In this document: positions 16,511 to 26,647 of the stretch, one piece after another
Layout of the letters: every line of letters starts with the position of its first letter
How positions within the stretch are numbered: the stretch's first letter is position 1
Assembly: GCA_965116885.1 (NCBI GenBank)
Contig: OZ220741.1
Location: 4,000,001 to 4,064,000, forward strand
Reading direction: 5' to 3'
DNA: 64,000 bases
Origin: Candidatus Latescibacterota bacterium
GTDB taxonomy: Bacteria > Latescibacterota > UBA2968
Notes under the pieces: generated by a model
The model's input: the letters and a program-made list of their open reading frames with translations, nothing else
Told to the model about the DNA's origin: nothing
Database searches by the model: none
Position numbers and translations under genes: made by a program

Positions 16511-18127
16511 ATGGGTAGGGTTGTCCTTTTGTTGACGATCGTTCTGTTGTCGGGCGGATCTGTGCATGCACAAGTTCCGCCCATTTTTGCGCCCGGAACA
16601 GAACTGCACGATATCTATTGCCGCGCATGTGCCCATTTTTTTCCCGAGGTTCTGCCCGTTGGCAGCGAGTTTCGGCTGGATAGAGCTATTTGTGGGACGT
16701 CGGCAATAAGAGGTTTGACCGCGAATTGGGATCGTTTGCCTCCCGCTGCAAAGGAGGCATTTGCGTTTCTCCAGCAACGTCCCACCCTGAGTCATTCAAT
16801 TCTGTCTTCAGAGGGGCATTTCAAGATTCACTACAATACGACGGGGACGCACGCCGTTGATCCAATCGATACAGATGCCAATGGCGTGCCGGATTATGTC
16901 GATGAGGCCGCGCGGGTGTTTGAGTCGGTTTGGGATTTGGAGATCAATCATTTGGGATACAATCCCCCACCATCTGATGGCGATGGTGTTTACGATGTGT
17001 ATATCAAAAACCTCGCCATTCAGCAGGCTTATGGTTTTACATATCCGGTGACATTTACGGATTCGAGAACGTCGAGTTATATAGAGATTGACAATAATTT
17101 TAGGGAGAATATTTACCCCGTAAATTCACGCGGACTCAATGGTTTGCGCGTGACGGCTGCACACGAGTTTTTTCACGCGATTCAATTTGGGTATTATGCC
17201 GACTTTGGCGCTGCGTGGTGGCAGGAACTCACGGCGACCTGGATGGAGGATGTGGCTTATCCCGACGTGAATGATTTTTACCAGTATATGAGTTGCCCAA
17301 GCAATTTTTCGTGTATTTACGACGATCCCGAAGCCTCATTGGAAAAATTTTCTGGCAGTCTTCATCCTTTCGGTGCGTCGATATTTGCCCACCACATTGA
17401 GCAGGTTTACGGTGCGGATGTGATTAAAAGCGTTTGGGAGTTGCTCAGAAGACGCGATCCGAGTAGATATAGTTTGTCACTTATTGATGACGGGCTGCCT
17501 CTGGGCGGATTTGCACAGGTGATGCCGCGGTTTGCTGCGTGGAATTATTTGACGGATGTGCGTGCGCGTCCCGGATATTATGTTGAGGCGCGCGATTTGC
17601 CCTCAATCAAGCATGCCAATATATTTCTCGGTCCAGGTGGCTCTTTTGAAGGGATTGAAACAGTTGATCATTTGGGGACGACATATTTGCGCGTGGCAAC
17701 TCCGAATATATTTGGCGGGCTTCGAGGGGCGTTTTCACTGGATGATCAGGGGCAGTGGAAATTGCTGGTTATGCTGATCTCTTCGTCAGGCGTTGAACTA
17801 TTGCACCCACGAGGGACAACGGTGGTGATTCCAAGAGCCAATCGTTTTGACGAGGTGGTATTTATTGTGATGGAGACATCGCTTTCGGGGGAAAGACGAC
17901 GCTTGGATTACACGTTTTCAACTGGCGGAAGTATGGCGACGGATCTCGTATGCGATGTCGATGGCGATGGGCGCGTTGCATTTTCCGATTTTCTGCGTTT
18001 TGCAGATGGCTTTAAGCTTTTGCATACGGATAGTAAGTACGATCCAAAATTGGATTTCAATGGGGATGGACCTGTTGATTTTCGCGATTTTCTCATTTTT
18101 GTTTCCCATTTTGGCGAATCGCGTTAA
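16511..18127 (+). CDS. Secreted zinc metalloprotease (MXAN_6640-like) with C-terminal dockerin/EF-hand-like repeat
   Basis: Signal peptide; HFKIHY, DANGVPDYV, TAAHEFFHAIQFGY, WQELTATWMED; tail DVDGDGRVAFSDFL...DFNGDGPVDFRDFL. Confidence 0.8.
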   Translation: MGRVVLLLTIVLLSGGSVHAQVPPIFAPGTELHDIYCRACAHFFPEVLPVGSEFRLDRAICGTSAIRGLTANWDRLPPAAKEAFAFLQQRPTLSHSILSSEGHFKIHYNTTGTHAVDPIDTDANGVPDYVDEAARVFESVWDLEINHLGYNPPPSDGDGVYDVYIKNLAIQQAYGFTYPVTFTDSRTSSYIEIDNNFRENIYPVNSRGLNGLRVTAAHEFFHAIQFGYYADFGAAWWQELTATWMEDVAYPDVNDFYQYMSCPSNFSCIYDDPEASLEKFSGSLHPFGASIFAHHIEQVYGADVIKSVWELLRRRDPSRYSLSLIDDGLPLGGFAQVMPRFAAWNYLTDVRARPGYYVEARDLPSIKHANIFLGPGGSFEGIETVDHLGTTYLRVATPNIFGGLRGAFSLDDQGQWKLLVMLISSSGVELLHPRGTTVVIPRANRFDEVVFIVMETSLSGERRRLDYTFSTGGSMATDLVCDVDGDGRVAFSDFLRFADGFKLLHTDSKYDPKLDFNGDGPVDFRDFLIFVSHFGESR

Positions 18128-18139
18128 GGGAGTGGCGCT

Positions 18140-18904
18140 GTGATTGTATTGCGAACAGATCGAGAACTGGATTTGATGGTTGAGGCAAACCGCATTGTGG
18201 GGCTGGTGCATCGCACACTGAAGCCGCTTGTCAAGGGGGGGACGACGACCAGAGAGCTGGATAGCGTGGCCGAAGATGTGATTCGGTCGCACGGTGCTGA
18301 ACCCGCATTTAAGGGCTATAAGGGGTATCCGGCAGCGAGTTGTATTTCAATTAACGAACAGGTCGTACACGGGATCCCCGGATCGCGGAAGTTGGTGGAT
18401 GGCGATATTGTCAGCATTGATGTCGGTGTGAAATTGCGCGGCTACTACGGCGATCAGGCGATTACGCGCGTTGTTGGAAGTATTTCGGAGCGAGAGAAAG
18501 AATTGCTCAAGGTGACGCGAGAGTCCCTGTTTAAGGGGATTGAGCAAGCGGTTGCTGGAAGACGCTTGAGCGATATTTGCGGGGCGGTACAAAACTGGGT
18601 CGAGCAATTTGGTTTTTCTGTTGTGCGGCAATTTGTGGGGCATGGCATTGGGCGCAGGTTGCACGAAGAACCCGCCGTGCCCAATTATGCACCCCCAGAG
18701 CGCAACCCGCGTTTGCGAAAGGGAATGGTGCTCGCCATTGAACCAATGGTCAATTTGGGAACGCCTGAGGTCGTGGTGGCAGATGACGGATGGACGGCGT
18801 CTGCTGCCGATGGGTTGCCTTCGGCGCATTTTGAGCATGTGGTGGCGATTACGCGTGGAGAACCCAGGATTTTGACGATGTTTGAGGAAGAGATCGATGC
18901 GTAA
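18140..18904 (+). CDS. map: Type I methionine aminopeptidase
   Basis: CISINEQVVHGIP, DIVSIDVG, GYYGD, GHGIG..LHEEP, AIEPM, SAHFEH. Confidence 0.97.
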   Translation: MIVLRTDRELDLMVEANRIVGLVHRTLKPLVKGGTTTRELDSVAEDVIRSHGAEPAFKGYKGYPAASCISINEQVVHGIPGSRKLVDGDIVSIDVGVKLRGYYGDQAITRVVGSISEREKELLKVTRESLFKGIEQAVAGRRLSDICGAVQNWVEQFGFSVVRQFVGHGIGRRLHEEPAVPNYAPPERNPRLRKGMVLAIEPMVNLGTPEVVVADDGWTASAADGLPSAHFEHVVAITRGEPRILTMFEEEIDA

Positions 18905-19379
18905 ATCTATTTTCTTATGCGTTCTTATGTGGTTAGTGTCTTGTAGTCAACACTATGAAGAAGGGGCGCATCCACCGCCAAAGCCTCCATCTGCTCAGAC
19001 GCCAGCAGCAGATAAAGTGGTATCACAGACAGGTGCCGTGGTTTCGGGGACGATTCGGTTGACCGATGGGCTGGACGAGCGCGTTGGGGGCAATGCCGTG
19101 CTATTTGTTATTGCGCGACCTGCCCCTGTTGGCGGACCACCGCTGGCCGTGAAGCGGCTCGACATTTCTGATTTCCCCCTTTCTTACACGCTGACGCAAG
19201 GGGATGCAATGATCGAAATTGATTGGTCTGAGATCGATGCGTTGTACGTTTCTGCAAAAATTGATGCAGACGGACGTGTGGGTGGTTCGACGGCAGGGGA
19301 TATGGAGGGGATTTATCCGCAAAATCCCGTTGCACCTGGAGCCGTAGATGTGGATATTTTGATCAATACGGTACATTGA
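18897..19379 (+). CDS. Lipoprotein with CcmI/CycH C-terminal-like Ig domain
   Basis: Lipobox LVSC; LFVIAR...GPPLAVKRL...FPLSYTL...DAM...SAKIDADG. Confidence 0.65.
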   Translation: MRKSIFLCVLMWLVSCSQHYEEGAHPPPKPPSAQTPAADKVVSQTGAVVSGTIRLTDGLDERVGGNAVLFVIARPAPVGGPPLAVKRLDISDFPLSYTLTQGDAMIEIDWSEIDALYVSAKIDADGRVGGSTAGDMEGIYPQNPVAPGAVDVDILINTVH

Positions 19380-19382
19380 GTT

Positions 19383-21104
19383 ATGAGCTATACGGTGATT
19401 CACGCGACACACGAAGCGGTTCGCAAGGCCGGTGGTATTGGGACGGTTCTCGATGGCTTGATGACCTCTTCTGTGTACCAGAAAGCTGTGCGGCGATCTT
19501 TTCTTGTCGGCCCGCTTTCGCGCTCAGAGGATGAAGATCTTCTTGCGGAAAGTGGAGAGATAATTTTTTCGACTATTTCCGGGGTGCAAAATGTGAATTG
19601 TGCCGGCGCTCTCAATCGCATAGCAGAGCGGTACAATGTCAATATCGTTTATGGGATACGCCAATTTACAGGCGGATATGAAGCCGATGTGTTGCTCGTT
19701 GATGCCGAAGATATCAACCCGCGAAAGTCCCGCAATTTTAAATACAATCTCTACCGGCATTTTGGCCTTACATCTGACCGATACGATGCGATTGCGGATT
19801 ACGCGCTGTATATCGACAGTGCAGAGGCTATTTACGACGCTGTTATCGCGCTGATAGGAGAGGCAGCCGGGCCGCATATTGTGCTGTCCCATGAGTATAT
19901 GGGCATGCCTATCGCACTTAAAACTATTATGGAAAATGATCCGCGCTTTTGGGCGATTTTTTACGCCCATGAAGTTTCAGCGATGCGCGAGATCACTGAG
20001 GGCAACCCGGGGCATGATGTGATGTTTTACAACGCGATGGCGCAGGCACTTGTGCAGGACGAAGTGGTTGAGGATGTATTTGGGGATCAGTCCGGTTATT
20101 ATCGGCACGCGTTGGTTCAATTGGCGTCGCACTGCAATGGTATTTTTGCCGTGGGTGATCCAACGTTTGATGAACTTCGGTTTATGGGGTTTGAGACGCA
20201 GGCGATAGATCTGGTTTACAACGGGGTTCCATCTGTGCAGATTTCTTATGCAGAGAAATTACAGTCTCGCACGCGCTTACGGGATTACGCGCAGAATTTG
20301 CTCGGATATAAGCCAGATGTGGTGGTGACTCATGTCACGCGCCCGGTGATTAGCAAAGGATTGTGGCGGGATTTACTCGTGTTGGCACATCTCGATAAGT
20401 TATTGGGGGATAAGGGACAGACAGGCGTGTTTTTTGTGCTCACAACGGCTGCAGAACAGCGCAGTTCGCAAGATGTCGAGGTTATGGAATCCGAATATGG
20501 CTGGCCGGTTCACCATGAGATAGGGGCTCCCGATCTGGTTTCAAATGAGGTGGATATCTGGCGGGATATGGAAATGTTTAACCGCGAGTCTGTTGCCATT
20601 CAAGCGATTTTGGTCAATCAGTTTGGATGGGATCGGGCAAGTTGCGGGCAACGCATGCCGCAGGATATGGCGTTTGTGGATTTGCGCCGGGGCACGGATA
20701 TCGAATTTGGACAATCGATTTACGAGCCGTTTGGCATTGCCGTGCTGGAACCGCTGACTTTTGGCGGGCTGTGCGTACCGAGTAGTGTGTGCGGGTGTTG
20801 CGGATTTTTGGATCGCGTAACACAAGAAAAACCGAATTCTCTCGTCGTCGTGGCCGATTATACGACGGATGTAGCATTGGAGAGTGCCGCGTCTGCCCGT
20901 GTGATAGGCGAGTATGAACGCCGCATTCAAGAGGATAAAGTGGCAGAAAAAGTCGCGTGGGATATCGCAAATGCGTTGCCATCATCGGATAGAGAACGCG
21001 AGGCGCGATTGCATTCGGGGTACAGGTTGGCCGCACAAATGAGCTGGGATCGCGTGTGCGAAGCATTTTTTTTCCCCGGTATAGAACGCGCGATTTCTCG
21101 TTGA
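19383..21104 (+). CDS. GT-B glycosyltransferase, glycogen synthase-like (GT3-like)
   Basis: HEAVRKAGGIGTV, SHEYMG, YNGV, SIYEPFGIAVLE, SWD. Confidence 0.7.
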   Translation: MSYTVIHATHEAVRKAGGIGTVLDGLMTSSVYQKAVRRSFLVGPLSRSEDEDLLAESGEIIFSTISGVQNVNCAGALNRIAERYNVNIVYGIRQFTGGYEADVLLVDAEDINPRKSRNFKYNLYRHFGLTSDRYDAIADYALYIDSAEAIYDAVIALIGEAAGPHIVLSHEYMGMPIALKTIMENDPRFWAIFYAHEVSAMREITEGNPGHDVMFYNAMAQALVQDEVVEDVFGDQSGYYRHALVQLASHCNGIFAVGDPTFDELRFMGFETQAIDLVYNGVPSVQISYAEKLQSRTRLRDYAQNLLGYKPDVVVTHVTRPVISKGLWRDLLVLAHLDKLLGDKGQTGVFFVLTTAAEQRSSQDVEVMESEYGWPVHHEIGAPDLVSNEVDIWRDMEMFNRESVAIQAILVNQFGWDRASCGQRMPQDMAFVDLRRGTDIEFGQSIYEPFGIAVLEPLTFGGLCVPSSVCGCCGFLDRVTQEKPNSLVVVADYTTDVALESAASARVIGEYERRIQEDKVAEKVAWDIANALPSSDREREARLHSGYRLAAQMSWDRVCEAFFFPGIERAISR

Positions 21105-21163
21105 CCACAACGAAACGTTTGATGGTTTGAAGCGTGTAAAGAGCTGACTACTATTTTATCCAT

Positions 21164-22351
21164 ATGAGAAATAATATGATGAGAAAACGATTTTTACTGA
21201 TTTTTTTCCTTGTGACATGTCTCGCCGGTTGCAATACCGAAAAGCGCAACCCGTTGGGCGAGGGCTTTGTTGGACGCGATCCCGGCGATACGGTCGTATT
21301 GCCCGCTGTTCCGCTAACGTCGGCGCGGTCCTTTCATTCCCTAATTTTTCCCACTGTGATGGGGGAACAAGAGGAATTGCTGGTCGGGCAGATGAATGGA
21401 TTTTTGCTGCGGAGTCTGTTGCGTTTTAATGTGCCAGATGAGTTTTATGGCGGTGTGCCACCGGGGTTGACGATTGATTCCCTGCGCGTCAATCTGGGTA
21501 TTCGGTCGGCGCGATTGGTCGAAAATGCGTCGCTGATTGTATTGCGGCCCGATTCGCCGTGGGAAGAACTTCAAACCTATGTCGATACGCTCTCGCTGGT
21601 CGAGACCGAGGTGCTTGCGACGCCAATCCCCGATGCTGTGGCGCAGGTGTTTGCAGATCGCGTTCGAATCGATTTGCCAGTGTCGCTCTTGAAGGATGCG
21701 ATAGAATCAAGTTCTCTATCTATGGAAATTTTGTTGCAACCCGATGGAGAGGCACCTTTTTTATTAGATATTTTTGCACGCGAAGCTAATATTATTCGTG
21801 CAGATGCGCCGATTCCAGAATTGGAGGCGGTGTATCGGGTGGGAGATGTGACAGAGCGCGTAGCTGTTCAGACCGATGCAGATACCTATTGGAGTGCGCG
21901 GACCAATGGTGGTCCGCCAGAAAATCTGGTAATTCTGTCCGAGGGTTTGTTTTACGGCAGTGTCCTGAATTTCGATCTGCCCAATATTCCGCAAGGTGCG
22001 ACGATCAATTCGGCTAAATTGCAATTGGATATCGATCTGGACCGTTCCTATTTTTCATCTTTTCCCTTTGAAGTATATGGCCTGACAATTGCAGAAGGAG
22101 ATACCTCATTTACGCGGTATAATGAGCGGTTGCTTATCGAACCTACGACAACGACTTACACAATTAATCATACTTTGATTCAGGCCTGGATATCTGGTGC
22201 GCGATTAAATCAGGGGTTGGCACTTTCGCCTCTCAATTTTACTTCTTCAACGGGTTTACCCGCGCTCTTAAATTCGCCCCCGCTCATCCGATGGCTTGTG
22301 TTAAAAGATGTGCGTTTGAACCTTATTTACTCTCTTCCTCCGGAATTGTAA
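21164..22351 (+). CDS. Hypothetical lipoprotein (start may be 21176 or 21179)
   Basis: Lipobox LAGC; repeated LLRF/LNFDLP...INSAKLQL beta-sandwich-like segments. Confidence 0.6.
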   Translation: MRNNMMRKRFLLIFFLVTCLAGCNTEKRNPLGEGFVGRDPGDTVVLPAVPLTSARSFHSLIFPTVMGEQEELLVGQMNGFLLRSLLRFNVPDEFYGGVPPGLTIDSLRVNLGIRSARLVENASLIVLRPDSPWEELQTYVDTLSLVETEVLATPIPDAVAQVFADRVRIDLPVSLLKDAIESSSLSMEILLQPDGEAPFLLDIFAREANIIRADAPIPELEAVYRVGDVTERVAVQTDADTYWSARTNGGPPENLVILSEGLFYGSVLNFDLPNIPQGATINSAKLQLDIDLDRSYFSSFPFEVYGLTIAEGDTSFTRYNERLLIEPTTTTYTINHTLIQAWISGARLNQGLALSPLNFTSSTGLPALLNSPPLIRWLVLKDVRLNLIYSLPPEL

Positions 22352-22352
22352 T

Positions 22353-23516
22353 ATGATGCGAATAATTCTCGCTTTGGGTTTTATTTTTGCGCTGGTGCTG
22401 CCGGCTTGCGCCAATACAATTTTTTCTTTTTACGGTGTTGGCGATCCCGTCAGACGCGTCGATGCGCGGTCTCGAAGTATGGGGGGCGGTGGTCGGTCGC
22501 TGGCCGATGGGCTAAATTTTTCATCCCACAATCCCGCATTGTTGGGGGCTTTCCGCAGGGCGTCCGTGAGTCTGCAATTTATGGCTCAGCACCGATTTTT
22601 GAATGGCGAAAGCATCGTAAACGACGGGGATATTGGGGCTTTTCAGATCGCGCTACCTATGAGACGTGGTCCTGTTTTGGGTGTGGGACTTGAACCGCTC
22701 ACTGATATGGATTTCGGAGCAATAGAAGATCGCGGCACGGGTGATTTGAAGTATCAACTGGAGGTGGAAGCGACTGGGGGTATCCAAGCAATTTCTCTGG
22801 GGCTGGGGCATCGGATCGGGCGCAGAATTTTTGTGGGAGGGCGTATAAATTGGGTAGCTATGGGAACATTTAACGAGTCCTGGATCAAAAATTTCGACAA
22901 TGAGACGGTCTTCTTTTCCCACGACAAAATTACGCGTACCCACCGCGGATGGCTGCCATCATTTGGTATTATCTATACTCCCACTTCGCAGTGGAGCCTG
23001 GGCGCGAATGTCGATATTGGAGGCCGTATCAAGCAGCGTCAGTTTCAAAGAAATCGTTTTGTGGAACAGCGCGAAGCTATTGAGGTTGAGACGGAAAGCG
23101 ATGTGGAATTTCCCCGAGAATTTGGGGTAGGGATAACGTATCTGGCTGGCTATCGTTGGTTGGCGTCGGTCGATGTTTCTCGAGGGCTGTGGCACGCGAC
23201 AGGAGATGGGCGGTTTGATACGTGGGATGTGAGTGCTGGGATGTTGTGGCGCACGGGAAGTCCCGATGTGCTGGTGCGGAGCCGGCGCTTTGAACTCGGC
23301 GCGGGTTTTCATTATCGGTCACTTTATTTTCCAACGGCCTCGAATAGTCAGATTGACGAATTGGGCGCCAGCTTTGGTGTGGCGTTACCATTTGTAAATA
23401 ATAGCGGTCATTTTCGCTATGTACTCGAGGTGGGAAGGCGCGGTGATCGGTCAAAACACGGTGCGTCAGAACGGTTTATTCAGCACTCTTTTTCCGTGGT
23501 AGGTTTTGTAAGATAG
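22353..23516 (+). CDS. Outer-membrane beta-barrel protein (FadL/PorV-like)
   Basis: Signal peptide; RSRSMGG...NPALLG N-terminal motif; amphipathic beta strands. Confidence 0.7.
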   Translation: MMRIILALGFIFALVLPACANTIFSFYGVGDPVRRVDARSRSMGGGGRSLADGLNFSSHNPALLGAFRRASVSLQFMAQHRFLNGESIVNDGDIGAFQIALPMRRGPVLGVGLEPLTDMDFGAIEDRGTGDLKYQLEVEATGGIQAISLGLGHRIGRRIFVGGRINWVAMGTFNESWIKNFDNETVFFSHDKITRTHRGWLPSFGIIYTPTSQWSLGANVDIGGRIKQRQFQRNRFVEQREAIEVETESDVEFPREFGVGITYLAGYRWLASVDVSRGLWHATGDGRFDTWDVSAGMLWRTGSPDVLVRSRRFELGAGFHYRSLYFPTASNSQIDELGASFGVALPFVNNSGHFRYVLEVGRRGDRSKHGASERFIQHSFSVVGFVR

Positions 23517-23532
23517 TTTGCGGCTGGACAGT

Positions 23533-24714
23533 TCAAACGGCCTGTGTTCGGCGCGCAAGCGCGCGGATGCGGCCGTTTTTGATTTTTTGAGCGATTTGAT
23601 TGACTAAAAGATACAGAAGGTGCAGACCAATCCCCGTACAAATAAAGTACAGGGGTGCGGTTTCGTGGTCAATGGATTCAAAGCAGACGATTGCAAGGAG
23701 GCCCTGTGACAATAGTGGAAGCCAGGCTTGAACGGGTTGTGACGTGAGGCGACTGCATAGCAGACCGCCGGCAATCTTGCCCAGAACCAAGGCTGCAATC
23801 AGGGGGAAAAAATGAGAAGGCGCAGAAGGCATTTGCCAGTCTAAAATAAGGCCACTAACATAGTGTGCGAGGGCAAAAGCTATCAGTGCTTCCGCTTTGG
23901 GTGGGCGGATATTAGGTCTCAGTCCGAGTTTGGTGCGCAAAGATAATGCAAGCCCCACAGCCCAAGATAAAATAAGAGGCTGAATCCAAACGTGCCACGA
24001 AGCAAGTGCGATCAGGAATGACAGGGCAAACCAACTCGTAAACTGGCCTGTAGGGGTGTGGATATGTCGCAGCCAGCGATGCACGAGTTCAATGCCAATA
24101 ACTCCGATCAAAACGGCCATTACTATATTTGCGGCCAGATTCAGAAAGGAATCGAACCCGTCGTTCAGGATGAATTCTACGCCAAAAATAAGTCCTGTTA
24201 AAAAAAGCGAACAGAGACCGATTGCCGTAACGTATAAAGAAAAAGGCCAGGTGTCTCTCAGGTTGTGTTCTGCGCGGTCTAAGAATATGGGGGCCGGGAT
24301 ACCCGATAGGATGGCGAGTTGCAAGGTAGTGACCAGGTGAAGATCGAAGAAGATGAGCACGAAGAAGGTCGTAAGAACGGGTGCAGCATAGAGATAAAGA
24401 CTGCCCGTAAGCAAACGCTGATTAGTGAAAATAGAGCGGGAGAGCGATGTGCCCAAATAAAGGCCGACCCAGGCCATTGCGATATCTGCAAAGGGTTTTA
24501 TGCTTTGATGGCTGTCAGCGGTTGTAATTGGTGCGAAGCCAATGGCGAGACCCGCTGCAATTATGCCCAGGACATCTGGCAATTTGGCACGCTGAGCCAG
24601 TCGCGCACCTACGATAGAGGCCGTCAGGAGGAAGCCGACCCAGACCATTTCGGGAGGTGATTGAAGTAGCCAGATCAGGATACCGATACCAAGTGTAATA
24701 CACAGAAGGCGCAT
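23533..24714 (-). CDS. Cation:proton antiporter-like multi-pass membrane protein
   Basis: AKLPDVLGIIAAGLAIG, VLGKIAGG, LLSQG motifs of CPA2-type fold. Confidence 0.6.
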   Translation of the reverse strand: MRLLCITLGIGILIWLLQSPPEMVWVGFLLTASIVGARLAQRAKLPDVLGIIAAGLAIGFAPITTADSHQSIKPFADIAMAWVGLYLGTSLSRSIFTNQRLLTGSLYLYAAPVLTTFFVLIFFDLHLVTTLQLAILSGIPAPIFLDRAEHNLRDTWPFSLYVTAIGLCSLFLTGLIFGVEFILNDGFDSFLNLAANIVMAVLIGVIGIELVHRWLRHIHTPTGQFTSWFALSFLIALASWHVWIQPLILSWAVGLALSLRTKLGLRPNIRPPKAEALIAFALAHYVSGLILDWQMPSAPSHFFPLIAALVLGKIAGGLLCSRLTSQPVQAWLPLLSQGLLAIVCFESIDHETAPLYFICTGIGLHLLYLLVNQIAQKIKNGRIRALARRTQAV

Positions 24715-24724
24715 GGGAATCGTC

Positions 24725-25942
24725 TCAAGTGTGAGATTGCGGCGAATTTGCGGGTGGAATAAGTATTATTTGACTTAAAAAAACGGCAATCACGAGGCCC
24801 GTAATGAGCGTATAGTGCTGAAAGTCGAGGAGGTAAATGGCCTGTACGCCAACAGCGATACTCAGCGTGCCCTGAGGATGCCAACTCAGGGCAAGCAATT
24901 CGCGCCAGGTCTGAGGTATTTGCCAGAGAGTTTGGGAGACCGTAAAACCGATTGTACGGCCCATTCCACGCACGAGTATCATTGTGAGGGCAAGTGGAAA
25001 AAGAGGTGACCAGAGAAAAAATATACCACCGCCAAATTCCCCTATTATTGAGCCAATCAGAGCAAAAAAGATTGGCTCAATCACGTCATTTGCGCGTGTT
25101 GTAAATTCGACGACCTCGCGTTTTGCCACGGTTGTGTTAATCAGCCAGATACCCGACAGAAATCCCACGGCAAGAGATGGCAGGCCCGGTGCCTGGCACA
25201 AACCAGAAAGGGCGATCACAATGCCCAGAACGAGACTTAGTGCACGAGCACCCGTGCGGTGGCTGCGAAATGAAAAATCAAGCGCGATGCCTCCGACCAC
25301 GCCTGCGCCGAGCATGAGCAGTGCAATACCAACTACACCTATAAATGGCAAGTTTCCCAAATAAAAAATGGGATTTTCTGCAAGCGGAGGGAAAGCGAGG
25401 CACAACACGGCCATGGCCGCGATATTGCCAAGTGGCAGATTTTGCACCGGCACCGGATTTGGTATAGGGCGGTTAGGCCATTGGAAAAAAGGGGTGGGAA
25501 AGCGGGCGGTTAGAGCGAAACTGGTGAGCAGGACGATAGCGAGGGGTAAATTTTGGAGCAAGCCGAGGTAGCGATAAAGTATCAAACCACTGGCGAAGGC
25601 TGCAAGGACAGTGAATCCGCCTGTGGCAAGTACTACGGCTGTTTGTGAGTAAATCACTGAGGTGCCGTGGTCTCGCAGATTCTGGAGATCCGTTGACAGG
25701 CCTGTTTGCAGGCCAATCCACAGTAAAATAGCACCGATGCAATTGTATCGCACCACTTCAAACAGGTGAAATACCTCATTGGTTTCGGGAAAAAACATCC
25801 CGATGAGAACACCGAGGAGCAGATAATGTGCTCTGCCTATTCGCAGACTGTCTATCAGCGGGTGTGGCGGCATCCACCGGAAAAATTTTTGGCCGAAAAA
25901 AAAAGCACCAAAACCGATAATTAAGCTGAAAATAAAGGCCAT
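24725..25942 (-). CDS. Cation:proton antiporter-like multi-pass membrane protein
   Basis: YLLLGVLIG, WIGLQTG, PIFFALIG, VRGMGRTIG, PQGTLSIA. Confidence 0.6.
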   Translation of the reverse strand: MAFIFSLIIGFGAFFFGQKFFRWMPPHPLIDSLRIGRAHYLLLGVLIGMFFPETNEVFHLFEVVRYNCIGAILLWIGLQTGLSTDLQNLRDHGTSVIYSQTAVVLATGGFTVLAAFASGLILYRYLGLLQNLPLAIVLLTSFALTARFPTPFFQWPNRPIPNPVPVQNLPLGNIAAMAVLCLAFPPLAENPIFYLGNLPFIGVVGIALLMLGAGVVGGIALDFSFRSHRTGARALSLVLGIVIALSGLCQAPGLPSLAVGFLSGIWLINTTVAKREVVEFTTRANDVIEPIFFALIGSIIGEFGGGIFFLWSPLFPLALTMILVRGMGRTIGFTVSQTLWQIPQTWRELLALSWHPQGTLSIAVGVQAIYLLDFQHYTLITGLVIAVFLSQIILIPPANSPQSHT

Positions 25943-25990
25943 ACAATGCCTGCACTTTAGGGATAACTGGTGTCGTCTTTACCTCGGTGG

Positions 25991-26019
25991 ATTATACTTT
26001 TTTCCAAAGTTTGGGTCAA
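25991..26019 (-). promoter_or_regulatory. Sigma70-type promoter (leftward)
   Basis: TTGACC-17 nt-TATAAT on the minus strand. Confidence 0.75.
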
Positions 26020-26041
26020 GGACGAAGTTGACGACCCACGC

Positions 26042-26070
26042 TTGACAGTCGTTACAATATAGTGTATAGT
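26042..26070 (+). promoter_or_regulatory. Sigma70-type promoter (rightward)
   Basis: TTGACA-17 nt-TATAGT. Confidence 0.75.
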
Positions 26071-26189
26071 CAAGATTGAGCTGTATATAGATGGGATTTG
26101 AGAGAGCCCCTTCCCCATAGTTCTGCTAATATTGTGCTGTGCGTAGGGGCGGATGGCCGGGTACTGATAGCACAAATTCTGGAGATTCT

Positions 26190-26636
26190 ATGTCCAATTC
26201 ATTACCTCAGGTGCTAATGCACAGTGCCCCAAGTTTGTACGAGCATCTCGACGCATTTGCCCGAGTTGTTGAGTCGGCTATTCGTATATCCGGTGCTTCA
26301 GAAGATGAGCAAATTGATCTGATGGTTGCAGTCATGGAAGCACTCAATAATGCGATTGATCATGGCAATGGTGAAGATGCTTCGAAGAAAGTACATCTCA
26401 AGATCGATATCCACCCCGCTTTCATCGCGGTTTGGGTGCAAGATGAGGGGCGAGGTTTTGATCCCAACGCAGCACCTGACCCGCTTGCGCCAGAAAATCT
26501 AATGAATGATTCTGGGCGCGGGCTTTTGATGATGCGTGCGTTTATGGATGAGGTGGATTTTATGCCCTCTCAGAAGGGCACACTGGTTAAAATGATCAAG
26601 TATTTTTCCTCTAAATCGTCACCATCTCACTGTTGA
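26190..26636 (+). CDS. RsbW-like anti-sigma factor / HATPase_c_2 ATP-binding protein
   Basis: EALNNAIDHGN, VQDEGRGFDP, GRGLLMMRAFMDEV; GGAG RBS. Confidence 0.9.
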   Translation: MSNSLPQVLMHSAPSLYEHLDAFARVVESAIRISGASEDEQIDLMVAVMEALNNAIDHGNGEDASKKVHLKIDIHPAFIAVWVQDEGRGFDPNAAPDPLAPENLMNDSGRGLLMMRAFMDEVDFMPSQKGTLVKMIKYFSSKSSPSHC

Positions 26637-26647
26637 GGAGGATGCCC

